From the NCBI GenBank assembly GCA_963813815.1, contig CAWFAD010000007.1, positions 352,001 to 416,000 of the forward strand: 64,000 bases of DNA, written 5' to 3'. Positions 1-10,223 of the stretch are shown one piece after another (within the stretch, counting starts at the first letter, position 1; every line of letters starts with the position of its first letter). The stretch comes from an uncultured bacterium (lineage in GTDB: Bacteria > Krumholzibacteriota > Krumholzibacteriia > Krumholzibacteriales > Krumholzibacteriaceae). A program made the translations under genes and the position numbers. The notes beneath the pieces are model-generated. The model saw only the letters and a program-made list of their open reading frames with translations, was not told the origin of the DNA and did no database searches.

Positions 1-309
1 TGGGAGCTCGACAACTTCGATCCGCTCGTCGCGCACGCGAAGGCCGTCGCGAGAAACCTCGGGCGAGAATACGCCGGCGCGCTGCTGCGCCCCCACGGCG
101 GGGCTCTCCGGCCGATGATCGAGAAAGGGATGGCGCTCGGGGACGTTCTCGACGCGGCGAGGGAGGCGGGACGGGAGATCGTCCGCGACGGCCGGATCTC
201 CGAGCGATCGATGGGAGTCGTGAGCCGTGCGCTCCTCCCGCGCGAGACGTTCATCGAAATCGCGAACACGAGAATGAAGCAGGCGCTCGACAGGCTCGAG
301 CCGAGGTAG
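1..309 (+). CDS. Flavodoxin/NADPH-dependent FMN reductase family protein, C-terminal part (5' truncated by window)
   Basis: Frame 1 reads WELDNFDPLVAHAKAVARNLGREYAGALLRPHG..., resembling the C-terminus of multimeric flavodoxin/iron-sulfur flavoprotein homologues; TAG at 307-309. Confidence 0.6.
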   Translation, partial: WELDNFDPLVAHAKAVARNLGREYAGALLRPHGGALRPMIEKGMALGDVLDAAREAGREIVRDGRISERSMGVVSRALLPRETFIEIANTRMKQALDRLEPR

Positions 310-354
310 CGTCGCCGGGGCGCGCCGTGCGGCGCGGGCTCCGGGAGGGGCGGG

Positions 355-912
355 ATGAGGCTCTTCTACGCGGTGAAGGTATCGGAGACGATCGAGACGG
401 AGATCGCCGGGGCGATCCGGACGTTCCCCGTGCGCAACCCGCCGTGGCGCTGGATACCTCCCGAGAACATGCACCTCACGCTCAAGTTTCTCGGCGAGGT
501 CGACGAAGGGATGCTCGATACCCTCCGGGAAGCGGGGGCGGAGGCCGCCGCGGCGGCGAAACCGTTTCGCGTCGTCTACGGTCCCTTCGGGGCGTTTCCG
601 AGCCTCGCGAGACCGCGCGTTCTTTTCTTCCAGGCGATCGAGGGCGCCGAGGGGCTCGCCGCGCTCGCGAGGGCGCTCGAGGAAGGGGCGGAGCGCCTCG
701 GAATCCCGCGCGAGGAGCGTCCCTTCAGGGCGCACATCACGCTGGCGCGGATCAAGGAGCCCCTGCCGGGGGCCGTGACGGAGAAGCTCGGAGCGGTGCC
801 GGCGCTATCCCCGGCCGCGGAGCAGACCGTCGACCGGTTCGCCCTCATGCGGAGCCATCTCGCCCGCTCGGGAGCGACGTACGAGGAGGTCGCGGGCTTT
901 TCGCTCGCGTGA
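355..912 (+). CDS. thpR: RNA 2',3'-cyclic phosphodiesterase (2H phosphoesterase)
   Basis: MRLF N-terminus, two HxT motifs (MHLTLKFLG, AHITLAR), C-terminal GATYE. Confidence 0.95.
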   Translation: MRLFYAVKVSETIETEIAGAIRTFPVRNPPWRWIPPENMHLTLKFLGEVDEGMLDTLREAGAEAAAAAKPFRVVYGPFGAFPSLARPRVLFFQAIEGAEGLAALARALEEGAERLGIPREERPFRAHITLARIKEPLPGAVTEKLGAVPALSPAAEQTVDRFALMRSHLARSGATYEEVAGFSLA

Positions 913-919
913 CGCGATC

Positions 920-1816
920 ATGAAGGAAACGGGATTCGTGAGAACCGCGGCCCGCGCCGGGAGAGAGCTCGTCGCGCTCTTCTCCACCGCAGGAAAACGC
1001 TGGGCCGGCGACAACATGCCCTCGATGTCCGCCTCGCTCGCGTTTCACGCCCTCCTCTCGATGGCGCCGCTCCTCCTCGTGTTCGTCGCCGTGTTCAGGC
1101 TCGTTCTCAGCAACGACGCGGTCGAGACTCAGATCCTCGCGCAGGTCGGCACGTCGCTCGGCCCCGAGGCGGCCGAGGGCGTCAGAATCGTTCTTCAGAA
1201 CGCCGTGAAAGAGCGCTCGAACGCGATCTTCATCGGCGGCGGCACGATCGTGATGCTGCTCGTGTTTTCGGCGGGTTTTTTCCGTCAGCTCATTCACGCG
1301 CTCAACGTCGTCTGGCGGGTGCACGAGGAGAAAACGGGGCTTGCGAGCGTCATCATCAGGCTCGCGAGGGGGCACTTCCTCGCCTTCGCCATGGTGATCT
1401 GCCTCGGTTTCTACCTCTACGCCTCGATGCTCATCAAAGCGGTCGCGATCATACCCGAGCAGGCGCTCATCGGCGCGTTTCCGTCCGCGGCGGGGTTCAT
1501 CACGCAGCTTCCCCGGTACCTGGCCCCGGCGATACTCTTCGTCCTCCTCATGCTCGTGTTCATGATCCTGCCCGCCCGGCGTATCTCGTTGCGCGACGTA
1601 TGGACGGGCTCGCTGCTCACGACGGTACTTTTCGTCGCCTGCTACCGGCTCATCCAACTCTACCTGCAGAGGAACGCCGTCACCTCGTACTACGGCGCGG
1701 CGGGTTCCTTCATCGTCATCCTGCTCTGGATCTACTGGTCCGCGATGATCTTTCTCTTCGGGGCGGAGTTCGCCAAGGCGTACGCAGAACGGTACGGCAC
1801 GCTCCGGCGCGGGTGA
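920..1816 (+). CDS. YihY/virulence factor BrkB family inner-membrane protein
   Basis: SASLAFHALLSMAPLL, ALNVVW and YGAAGSFIVILLWIYWSAMIFLFGAEF signatures; multiple hydrophobic segments. Confidence 0.9.
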   Translation: MKETGFVRTAARAGRELVALFSTAGKRWAGDNMPSMSASLAFHALLSMAPLLLVFVAVFRLVLSNDAVETQILAQVGTSLGPEAAEGVRIVLQNAVKERSNAIFIGGGTIVMLLVFSAGFFRQLIHALNVVWRVHEEKTGLASVIIRLARGHFLAFAMVICLGFYLYASMLIKAVAIIPEQALIGAFPSAAGFITQLPRYLAPAILFVLLMLVFMILPARRISLRDVWTGSLLTTVLFVACYRLIQLYLQRNAVTSYYGAAGSFIVILLWIYWSAMIFLFGAEFAKAYAERYGTLRRG

Positions 1817-1853
1817 GTTCGTACCGGTGCGAGCGCACCAGGAAGGAGATACC

Positions 1854-3356
1854 ATGTCGGTGAAAGCTCGGCGAATCTTGCTTCCGGCGGTGGCGCTGGT
1901 TCTGGCGCTCTTCTCCGCCGGCGTCCACGCCACGAACGGCATGAACCTCGAGGGGTACGGACCGGTTTCGGCCGGGATGGGCGGGGTTTCCCTCGCCTTT
2001 TGGAACGGCACCGCCGCCCTCATGGGCAACCCCGCGACGCTCGGTCTCATGTCCCCCGGAATGCGCCTCGAGCTCGCCCTCGGCAACCTCGGCCCCGACG
2101 TCGAGGCGATCGTCATGAATCCTCCTCCCGGGGGCCCCGTGAGCGCGGCGTCCCTGAGCGGCGCCTTCTACATGCCGGCGATCGGATTCGCCGCGAAGCG
2201 GAGCTCGTTCGCCTTCGGGCTCGGCGTGTTCAGCCAGGGCGGAATGGGAACCGAGTACGGGAGCGACTCATGGCTCTCCGATCCGAGCATGGGCGATAAC
2301 ACGGCGCTCGAACACGGTCTCGTCAACCGCTCCGAGGTCGGGGTCGGACGCGTCATGGCGCCCTTCGCCTACGACGTCAACGACCGTCTCATCCTCGGCG
2401 GCACCGTCGATTTCGTCTGGGCGGGCATCGATCTCCAGATGGCGATGTGCGAGGCGCGGTTCCAGAACCTCGCGAACCCCGACGCGCAGACGATCGGCGA
2501 GGCGTCGGGCACGCTCGTGAACGCCTTCGGGCAGCTCTACGAGCCGTTCGGCGGCACGGGCATCAGCAGGCTGTATCATGCCTATTTCGATTTCACCGAC
2601 GGGAGCGACTTCACCGGGGAGGCGAAGGGGTACGGCGTGGCCGGAAAGGTGGGCGCGCTCTACCGGGTGAACGACCGGCTCTCGATCGGAGCCACGTATC
2701 ACACCCCGACGAGCATCGGCGACATCGAAACGGAGAACGCCCGTCTCGAGATGGGCGTCAACGTCGACCCCGGCGTGTTCACCGGCTCTCCGACGGGGAG
2801 CTACGTCGATATGAACATTCCGGTGACCGGCACGCTCGCCGTCAAGGATTTTCAGTGGCCGGCTCTCCTCGGCGCGGGCGCGGCCTGGGTGCCCGTCGAA
2901 GGGATCATGCTCGCACTCGACGTCAAGTACGTCTTCTGGTCGAACGCCATGGAACGGTTCGAAATGTCCTTCACGGCGGATGAGAGCGCCGAGAACGGCG
3001 CGTTCGCCGGGCTCGTCATGGATGCCGCTCTCTTCCAGAAATGGGAGAATCAGACCGTCGTCGCCCTCGGCGGCTCGTACATGCCGACCGAGGATCTCAC
3101 GCTCCGCGCCGGTTACAACTACGGCAAGAATCCGGTTCCCGACGGATACCTGAACGCCCTCTTTCCCGCGATCGTCGAGAGCCACGTGGCGGGCGGTGCC
3201 GGATACCGCATCAGCGAATCGATCACGGGCGACGTTTCCATCGTCTATGCGCTCGAGAAGAGCGCGACGAATCCGGGCGAGCTCTCGGGGGGTTCGCCGG
3301 TGGAGTCGACCCACGGCCAGCTCAACTGGCAAGCGATGCTGAGCTACCGGTTCTAG
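1854..3356 (+). CDS. OmpP1/FadL/TodX family outer-membrane channel for hydrophobic compounds
   Basis: SD AAGGAG then ATG 1854; signal peptide; TNGMNLEGYGPVSAGMGG...NPA hatch motif; LRAGYNYG; terminal YRF. Confidence 0.9.
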   Translation: MSVKARRILLPAVALVLALFSAGVHATNGMNLEGYGPVSAGMGGVSLAFWNGTAALMGNPATLGLMSPGMRLELALGNLGPDVEAIVMNPPPGGPVSAASLSGAFYMPAIGFAAKRSSFAFGLGVFSQGGMGTEYGSDSWLSDPSMGDNTALEHGLVNRSEVGVGRVMAPFAYDVNDRLILGGTVDFVWAGIDLQMAMCEARFQNLANPDAQTIGEASGTLVNAFGQLYEPFGGTGISRLYHAYFDFTDGSDFTGEAKGYGVAGKVGALYRVNDRLSIGATYHTPTSIGDIETENARLEMGVNVDPGVFTGSPTGSYVDMNIPVTGTLAVKDFQWPALLGAGAAWVPVEGIMLALDVKYVFWSNAMERFEMSFTADESAENGAFAGLVMDAALFQKWENQTVVALGGSYMPTEDLTLRAGYNYGKNPVPDGYLNALFPAIVESHVAGGAGYRISESITGDVSIVYALEKSATNPGELSGGSPVESTHGQLNWQAMLSYRF

Positions 3357-3467
3357 GTCCCGCGAGCCGACCGGGGAGGAATGCGGATCGCGCGCCCGCC
3401 GCGCGGTCCGCATTTTCATTCCGGCGCCGCGGTGGCGAACGGGAGCCGCCCTTCGGGGCGAATTTCG

Positions 3468-3496
3468 TTGAAACACGCTCTTCGAGGTGCTATAAA
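3468..3496 (+). promoter_or_regulatory. Putative sigma70 promoter of recA
   Basis: TTGAAA-17 bp-TATAAA with extended -10 TG, in an otherwise GC-rich intergenic region. Confidence 0.65.
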
Positions 3497-3611
3497 GGGG
3501 CGCCGGCCGCGGCGCGCGGCGGGGGTGCGGGAGGTGATGTCACGCGCGGCCCGTGAAGTAAATCGGGATGTTCGCGGGGTGCTCGGGCGGGGTGTTTCGG
3601 GAGGACGAGAG

Positions 3612-4706
3612 ATGAAAGAGACGAAGGATATGAAAGAATCGAAGGATACCAAGAAAGCGGCGGCGAAGGCGGCCGGAACCGCGGCGGAAAAGGAAAAGGC
3701 GATCGAGCTCGCCATGAGCCAGATCGAGAAGCAGTTCGGCAAGGGGGCCATCATGCGGCTCGGGAGCGACGGGGTCATCGTGCCCGTCGAAGCCATCCCG
3801 ACGGGAAGCCTCAGTCTCGACGTCGCCCTCGGCATCGGCGGCGTGCCCCGCGGGCGCATCATCGAGATATTCGGCCCCGAGGGGAGCGGCAAGACGACCC
3901 TCACCTGCTCGATCGTGGCGCAGGCCCAGCGGCTCGGCGGCATCGCCGCCTTCATCGACGCGGAGCACGCCCTCGACATGGGGTACGCGCGGAAGATCGG
4001 CGTCGACGTCGACAACCTGCTCATCTCGCAGCCCGATACGGGCGAGCAGGCGCTCGATATCGCCGAAGTCCTCATCCGGAGCGGGGCCATCGACATCGTC
4101 GTCGTCGATTCGGTTGCGGCCCTCGTGCCGGCCGCCGAGATTGAAGGCGAGATGGGAGAGTCGCACGTCGGGCTCCAGGCCCGTCTCATGTCGCAGGCGC
4201 TCCGCAAGCTCGCCGGCGCCGTTTCGAAGTCGAAGACGTGCCTCATCTTTACAAACCAGATCCGCATGAAGATCGGGGTTCTCTACGGAAATCCAGAGAC
4301 GACGAGCGGCGGGAACGCGCTCAAGTTCTACGCCACCGTGCGCCTCGACGTCCGGCGGATCGGGCAGATCAACGACGGCGAGCACGTGGTCGGCAATCAG
4401 ATTCGAGTGAAGGTCGTCAAGAACAAGGTGGCGCCCCCCTTCCGCCAGGCCGAGTTCGACCTTCTCTTCAACGAGGGAATCAGCTTCGAGGGAGATCTCC
4501 TCGAGCTCGGCGTCGTCTCCAACATCGTTTCCAAGGTGGGCTCCTGGTACTCCTTCGGCGAGGAGCGCATCGGGCAGGGCAAGGACAACGCGCGGATGTT
4601 CCTCCGTGACAACAAGGACGTCCGTCGCACGATAGAGCAGAGCGTCCGCACGCATTACGGAATCCCGCTGCCGCGTCCGGCGTTGAAGAGCGACGGTGGA
4701 AAGTAA
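3612..4706 (+). CDS. recA: Recombinase RecA
   Basis: [55 protein letters not shown]. Confidence 0.99.
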   Translation: MKETKDMKESKDTKKAAAKAAGTAAEKEKAIELAMSQIEKQFGKGAIMRLGSDGVIVPVEAIPTGSLSLDVALGIGGVPRGRIIEIFGPEGSGKTTLTCSIVAQAQRLGGIAAFIDAEHALDMGYARKIGVDVDNLLISQPDTGEQALDIAEVLIRSGAIDIVVVDSVAALVPAAEIEGEMGESHVGLQARLMSQALRKLAGAVSKSKTCLIFTNQIRMKIGVLYGNPETTSGGNALKFYATVRLDVRRIGQINDGEHVVGNQIRVKVVKNKVAPPFRQAEFDLLFNEGISFEGDLLELGVVSNIVSKVGSWYSFGEERIGQGKDNARMFLRDNKDVRRTIEQSVRTHYGIPLPRPALKSDGGK

Positions 4707-5358
4707 TCGCGCAGCGGAGGAAAGGGTAACGTCGGTCCGCCGCCGCTGGGGGAAGCTCTACGCCGTGACGACGTCGTCGGGCGGGCGGTTTCTCGTGCTG
4801 CGGGACGAATCGACCGGGCGGTTTCTCGAGGAAGGCGCTCCGCTCGCGAGCGGGGATCGCGACCTTCTCGCGGGGACCGTCGCGCGGGCCGCGGGGATCG
4901 CGCTCGCGTACCGGCTGCTCGCCGGGCGCGACCGCACCGAGCGCGAGATTCGCGCCGCTCTCGCGCGGGAGGGCGTTTCGGCGCCGATGGTGGCGGAGGA
5001 CATCGTCTCCGCCCTCCGGCGCCAAGGGTATCTTGACGATCGCCGCCTCGCTTCCCATTATGTACGGTACGCGGCGGCGCATCGACCCTCGGGTCCGCAC
5101 CTCCTGCGGCGCAAGCTCCGCGAGGCGGGGGTCGGCGACGACATCATCGAGGAAGAGCTGCGGGAAGCGCTCCCGCCCGAGCGAGAGCGGGAGATCGCCG
5201 TCGCGCTCGCGCGCCGCAAGCTCCGCGGCGCGAAGGACCGCGAACAGGCCGTGCGCCGCGTTCACGGATTTCTCGCGCGGCGCGGATTCAACGAGCGGGT
5301 GGTGAGCTCCATTTGCGCCGCGATCCTGAGGGGCGCGTTGCCGGGAGAGGACGAATGA
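4696..5358 (+). CDS. recX: Regulatory protein RecX
   Basis: Overlaps recA stop; [32 protein letters not shown]. Confidence 0.9.
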   Translation: MESNRAAEERVTSVRRRWGKLYAVTTSSGGRFLVLRDESTGRFLEEGAPLASGDRDLLAGTVARAAGIALAYRLLAGRDRTEREIRAALAREGVSAPMVAEDIVSALRRQGYLDDRRLASHYVRYAAAHRPSGPHLLRRKLREAGVGDDIIEEELREALPPEREREIAVALARRKLRGAKDREQAVRRVHGFLARRGFNERVVSSICAAILRGALPGEDE

Positions 5359-8036
5359 CGGAAAAGGCTTGGCCGGCGCACGAGATCCGACGCTCGTTCA
5401 TAGAATTCTTCAAGGCCCGGGGCCATACCGAGGTGCCGAGCGCTCCGCTCGTGCCGAAGGGGGATCCGACGCTGCTCTTCACCTCCGCCGGGATGGTGCA
5501 GTTCAAGGATCTCTATCTCCATCCGCACAACCTCCCGTACGCGCGCGCGACGAGCGTTCAGAAATGTCTGCGCGCGGGGGACCTCGACAGCGTCGGCCGC
5601 ACGCTCCGGCACCACACCTTCTTCGAGATGCTCGGCAATTTCAGCTTCGGCGATTACTTCAAGCGCGAGGCGATCCAGTGGGCGTGGGAGTACTGCATCG
5701 ACGTTCTCGATCTTCCCGTCGAGAAGCTCTCGGTGAGCGTGTTCGAGGACGACGACGAGGCCTACGACATCTGGAACCGGGAGATCGGCGTTCCCGCGGC
5801 GAAGATCGCGCGTCTCGGCCGCAAGGACAACTTCTGGGGGCCGGTCGGCGCCACCGGAATCTGCGGCCCTTGCAGCGAGATCTACTACGACAGCGGCGTC
5901 GATCGCGGATGCGGCAAGTCCTCCTGCGGCACCGGTTGCGACTGCGACCGGTACCTCGAGTTCTGGAACCTCGTCTTCCCGCAGTTCTTTCTCGAGGAGG
6001 GCGGCGTCTACCGGCCCCTGGAAAAGCCGGGGATCGATACGGGGCTCGGGCTCGAGAGGCTCGCGATGATTCTCCAGGGGGTCGAGGACAACTATCATAC
6101 CGATCTCTTCGATCCGATCGTGGAGCCGCTCCTCGATCTGTTTCCTCCCGAGCGCCGCATCACCCCCGGCGACCGCATGGGGATCAACATGGTCGCCGAC
6201 CACGCGCGGGCCCTCGCCTTCACGGTGAGCGAGGGGATCTACCCCTCGAACGAGGGGCGGGGTTACCTCGTTCGGCGACTGCTGCGCCGGGCCCTCACGC
6301 GCTTTTACTCGTACGGCATCGAGGAGCCGTTTCTGCACCGTCTCATCGGAACCGTCGTCTCGGCGATGGGAGAGGATTACCCCGAGCTGGGGGCGCGCCG
6401 CGCCGAGACGGAAAAGATCGTCAGGGCGGAGGAGGAGAGCTTCTTCCGCACGCTCGAGGACGGCAAGAGGCGCTTCGCCGCCATCGTGGGCGAGGCGAGG
6501 GAGCGGGGAGAGACGGTCATCGACGGGGAGCGGGTGTTTCTGCTCCACGATACGTACGGTTTTCCGCTCGAGCTCACGCGCGCGCTCGCCGCGGCCGAAT
6601 CGTTCGGCGTCGACGAGGCCGGATTCGAAACGGCGATGGAAGAGCAGCGGCGGAGAGCGCAGGAGCAGAGCTCGTTCGCCTCGGGCGGCGCCGAGATCGT
6701 GTCGATGACCCGCGTGACGGAGGGGGCGGGCTCGGAGTTCGTCGGCTACGAGAGCCTCGGCGCGGAGGCCGTGGCGAGAAGCTTCCGCGCCGTCGAACGC
6801 TCGCGGCGGCCCGATCTTGCCTGGAGCTCCGCCGAGGGATTCGCGCTCGAGATCGTCGTCGACCGCACTCCCTTCTACGCCACGTCCGGCGGCCAGACGG
6901 CGGATCGGGGCTGGATCGAGATCGACGGGCGGCGCCTCGAGGTGAGGGACGTCGTGAAGCGCGGCGGCGATGTCGTGCATGTCGTCGAATCGCCGTGGCG
7001 GGGGGAGGAGGCCGCCTCGCTCCTCGCGGCGAACCCGCGCGTCCGTCTCGAAGTGAATACCGAGGAGCGCCTCGCGATCGCTCGGAACCATACGGCGACC
7101 CACCTGCTCCACGCGGCGTTGCGCGGGATCGTCGGCGCCCACGTCGCGCAGGCGGGTTCCCTCGTCGAGGGAGAGCGGCTGCGGTTCGATTTCAACCACT
7201 ACGAGCCCGTCGCGCGGGAGACGCTTCGCGAGATCGAGCGCCGAGTGAACGGCTGGATCCGCGACGCGATCGATCTCCGGACGGAATGGATGGGATACCA
7301 GGAAGCGGTCGAGCGCGGGACCATCGCGCTCTTCGGTGAGAAATACGGCGCGCGGGTGCGCGTCGTTCGCGTCGAGGGCGTCTCCGCCGAGCTCTGCGGC
7401 GGAACGCATCTCAGAAACACGGGCCAGATCGGTCTCTTTCTCGTCACGGCGGAGAGCGGCGTGGCCGCGGGCGTGCGCCGGATCGAGGCCGTGACGGGGA
7501 CCGGCGCGCTGGCCCGAGTCCACGCGCTCGGGGAGGAGCAGGGCGAGATCGCGGAGCTCCTGCGCGCCTCGCGCGGCGAGGCGGCCGGGCGCGTGCGCGC
7601 CCTTCTCGGCGAGATGGACGAGCTGCGCTGCGAGCTGAAGCGGGCGGAGAAGGGCGGCGCCGGCGAGGCGCTCGATCGCATCATCGCCGCCGGCTCGATG
7701 ATCGAAGGCGTCTTCGTGGCGAGCGGGAGTCTCGCCGTAAAGGACCTCGGCGCGCTCCGCGCGCAGGCGGACGTGTTCCGGGGGAAGGTAAAGAGCGGGG
7801 TCGCGGTGCTCGCGGCCGAGCTCAACGAGAAGATGCAATACATCGTCGCGGTGAGCGACGATCTCGTCGAGCGCGGCGTCGCCGCCGACGCAATCGTGCG
7901 AGAGCTCGCGGCGATCGCCGGCGGCGGGGGCGGGGGAAAGAAGCATCTCGCCCAGCTCGGCACGAAGGATCTCGAAAGCGCGGGGCGGGTGTTCGGAGCC
8001 ATCGCCGGCATCGTCGCGCGGCTCGCTTCGAAGTGA
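5355..8036 (+). CDS. alaS: Alanine--tRNA ligase
   Basis: DPTLLFTSAGMVQFK, HHTFFEMLGNFSFGDYFK, NHTATHLLH, ELCGGTH, GVRRIEA, GGGGG. Confidence 0.99.
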   Translation: MTEKAWPAHEIRRSFIEFFKARGHTEVPSAPLVPKGDPTLLFTSAGMVQFKDLYLHPHNLPYARATSVQKCLRAGDLDSVGRTLRHHTFFEMLGNFSFGDYFKREAIQWAWEYCIDVLDLPVEKLSVSVFEDDDEAYDIWNREIGVPAAKIARLGRKDNFWGPVGATGICGPCSEIYYDSGVDRGCGKSSCGTGCDCDRYLEFWNLVFPQFFLEEGGVYRPLEKPGIDTGLGLERLAMILQGVEDNYHTDLFDPIVEPLLDLFPPERRITPGDRMGINMVADHARALAFTVSEGIYPSNEGRGYLVRRLLRRALTRFYSYGIEEPFLHRLIGTVVSAMGEDYPELGARRAETEKIVRAEEESFFRTLEDGKRRFAAIVGEARERGETVIDGERVFLLHDTYGFPLELTRALAAAESFGVDEAGFETAMEEQRRRAQEQSSFASGGAEIVSMTRVTEGAGSEFVGYESLGAEAVARSFRAVERSRRPDLAWSSAEGFALEIVVDRTPFYATSGGQTADRGWIEIDGRRLEVRDVVKRGGDVVHVVESPWRGEEAASLLAANPRVRLEVNTEERLAIARNHTATHLLHAALRGIVGAHVAQAGSLVEGERLRFDFNHYEPVARETLREIERRVNGWIRDAIDLRTEWMGYQEAVERGTIALFGEKYGARVRVVRVEGVSAELCGGTHLRNTGQIGLFLVTAESGVAAGVRRIEAVTGTGALARVHALGEEQGEIAELLRASRGEAAGRVRALLGEMDELRCELKRAEKGGAGEALDRIIAAGSMIEGVFVASGSLAVKDLGALRAQADVFRGKVKSGVAVLAAELNEKMQYIVAVSDDLVERGVAADAIVRELAAIAGGGGGGKKHLAQLGTKDLESAGRVFGAIAGIVARLASK

Positions 8037-8119
8037 TCGCCGGAACGGGCGCCGCTCGCGGAGCGACCCGTGCCGGTGGAGACGGTATCGAGCGAACGAA
8101 TAACGAGCGGAGTTCCAGC

Positions 8120-9601
8120 ATGAAAATGACGACGGTCTTCATCGCGATCGTTCTCCTGGGTTTCTCGGCGGCGACCGCCGCCGCCCCCGGACTCCTCGAG
8201 CGGGACGTTCTCGCGCGGAGCGGCTCGCGGGCGCTCGCGGACTCCCCGCGGGAGGGGTCGAAAACCGCCGCGGAGGAGGTTCGGCAAGCGGCCCTGCCGC
8301 GCGAGGCGGCCCTCGAGGGGGCGATCGATCCGGCCGAATACGTTCTCGGACCGGGGGACGAGCTCATCGTGAGCGTCGTGGGGCCCGACTCGAGATCGTT
8401 CGTCGCCGTCGTGCTCCCCGAAGGAGACGTCTTTCTGCCCGAAATCGGCGCCGTCCGCGCGGACGGGCTGACGCTCGAGGCGTTTCGCGCCTCCCTCGCC
8501 GAGGCGATCGGCCGCCACTTCCGCAACGTCGACCTCTACTGCTTCCTCAAGACCCCGGCCCGTCTGCGCGTCTTCGTGACGGGCGAGGTGAATACCCCCG
8601 GCGCGGTCGAGGTCTCCGGCATCGAACGCGTCGCCGACGCGATCGCTCGAGCGGGCGGCGCCACGAAACTCGGCTCGTCGCGCCTCGTGACCGTCGAGAG
8701 AGAAGGAGCGCTCGTCAGGGTCGACCTGCAGCGCTTTCTCGCGCAGGGGGATTTCGCGAACAACCCGCACCTGCGCAGCGGCGACCGCATACACGTTCCG
8801 CCGAAGGGCTCGTACGCTGTCATTTACGGGGAAGTCAAAAAGCCGGGCTGGTACGAGATACTCGAGGGGGAGACGATTCGCGATCTCATCTCGATCGCGG
8901 GCGGTTTCACGACCGACGCGCTCGGCGACAGCGTCGTATTCGCGCGCGTCCAGCCGGGAGGCGGCGTGCGATCCGAGACGATCCCCTCCTCGGACATGGA
9001 CGCGGGGCTCGTCGACAAGGACGAGGTGGGCGTGTTCAGCCGGTTCAAGTACCGGAGGTTCGTGTACGTCGAGGGAGCGATGCAGCGTATCGGACGCATC
9101 TACCTCGCCGAGAACGAGGGGCTCACCGAGCTCATCGTCCGGGCGGGCGGGTTTACGCCCGACGCCGATCTCTCGTCGGCGTACGTCGCCAAGCGCGGCT
9201 CCGGCGTGCTCCGGGTAAACCTGCGCGAGTACCTCGCGCCGAACGCGGAAAAGAGCCTCCTCCTCGACGACGGGGACGTGCTCGCGATCCCGCGCGTGCC
9301 GAAGACCGTCACCGTGGGGGGAGAGGTCAACAATCCCGGCGAGTTCGAGTACATGGGCGATCTGACGATCGTCCAGTACATCGGGCTCGCGGGAGGGCCC
9401 ACGAAGGAAGGCAGCGTCGACCGGGTCGTGGTCTACGCTAAGGACGGAACGGCGCGCAACGTCTCGCGCGACGACCTTCCGAACAGAGGAGACGTGATCG
9501 TCGTGAAGCGGTCGTTCTCGCGGATTCTCGCGGACGTCTTCCGCGGCGTGCTGAGCGCCGGGACGTTCGTCGTATCGGTCCTCATTCTCGCGACCAATTG
9601 A
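8120..9601 (+). CDS. SLBB-repeat polysaccharide export protein (Wza/KpsD-like)
   Basis: Signal peptide; YVLGPGDEL export motif; repeated V.GEV..PG...AGG SLBB units; C-terminal hydrophobic helix. Confidence 0.85.
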   Translation: MKMTTVFIAIVLLGFSAATAAAPGLLERDVLARSGSRALADSPREGSKTAAEEVRQAALPREAALEGAIDPAEYVLGPGDELIVSVVGPDSRSFVAVVLPEGDVFLPEIGAVRADGLTLEAFRASLAEAIGRHFRNVDLYCFLKTPARLRVFVTGEVNTPGAVEVSGIERVADAIARAGGATKLGSSRLVTVEREGALVRVDLQRFLAQGDFANNPHLRSGDRIHVPPKGSYAVIYGEVKKPGWYEILEGETIRDLISIAGGFTTDALGDSVVFARVQPGGGVRSETIPSSDMDAGLVDKDEVGVFSRFKYRRFVYVEGAMQRIGRIYLAENEGLTELIVRAGGFTPDADLSSAYVAKRGSGVLRVNLREYLAPNAEKSLLLDDGDVLAIPRVPKTVTVGGEVNNPGEFEYMGDLTIVQYIGLAGGPTKEGSVDRVVVYAKDGTARNVSRDDLPNRGDVIVVKRSFSRILADVFRGVLSAGTFVVSVLILATN

Positions 9602-9608
9602 GGCTGTT

Positions 9609-10202
9609 ATGAATGAAGCTGCTCCCTACGTACGCCAGGTCCGCTCCGAGCTCGACGCGCTCCGCCGGACGCTCGAGTCGTTTCCCGAATCCGAGGCGGA
9701 AAAGCTCGTTCGCATGGCCCGCATCATCGCCGAGGCGATCCGCGCCGGCCGGGTCGTTTTTACGTGCGGCAACGGGGGATCCGCGGCGGACGCCCAGCAC
9801 ATCGCCGGGGAGCTCGTCGGCCGGTTCCGCCACAAAGTGCGCGGGTACAAGGCCTCCGCCCTCACGACGAACAGCTCCGTCGTGACGGCGCTCGCGAACG
9901 ATTTTTCGTTCGAGGAGGTGTTCTCGAAGCAAATCGAAAGCCGCGGCGAACGGGGAGACGTGCTCCTCGCGCTCTCGACGAGCGGCGGCTCTCCGAACGT
10001 GGTGCGCGCGGTCGAGGAGGCGAAGCGGCTCGGGCTCCACACCCTCGCCTTCTCGGGCAAGGGGGGCGGGACGCTCGCGGCCGCGGCCGAGGTCGCCGTC
10101 GTGGTTCCGCACGACGATTTCGCCCGCATACAGGAAGTGCACATGACCCTCGGGCATATTCTGTGCGGTCTCGTCGAGGACATGATCGTCCCCCGTACCT
10201 GA
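9609..10202 (+). CDS. gmhA: D-sedoheptulose 7-phosphate isomerase (SIS)
   Basis: CGNGGSAADAQH, ANDFSF, STSGGSPNV, ARIQEVH. Confidence 0.93.
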   Translation: MNEAAPYVRQVRSELDALRRTLESFPESEAEKLVRMARIIAEAIRAGRVVFTCGNGGSAADAQHIAGELVGRFRHKVRGYKASALTTNSSVVTALANDFSFEEVFSKQIESRGERGDVLLALSTSGGSPNVVRAVEEAKRLGLHTLAFSGKGGGTLAAAAEVAVVVPHDDFARIQEVHMTLGHILCGLVEDMIVPRT

Positions 10203-10223
10203 CCGGAGGAGCGGCTCGAGCCG

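Noticed and set aside
3357..3611. LexA/SOS box upstream of recA
   Set aside because: No convincing CTGT-N8-ACAG or GAAC-N4-GTTC match; a lineage-specific motif cannot be excluded
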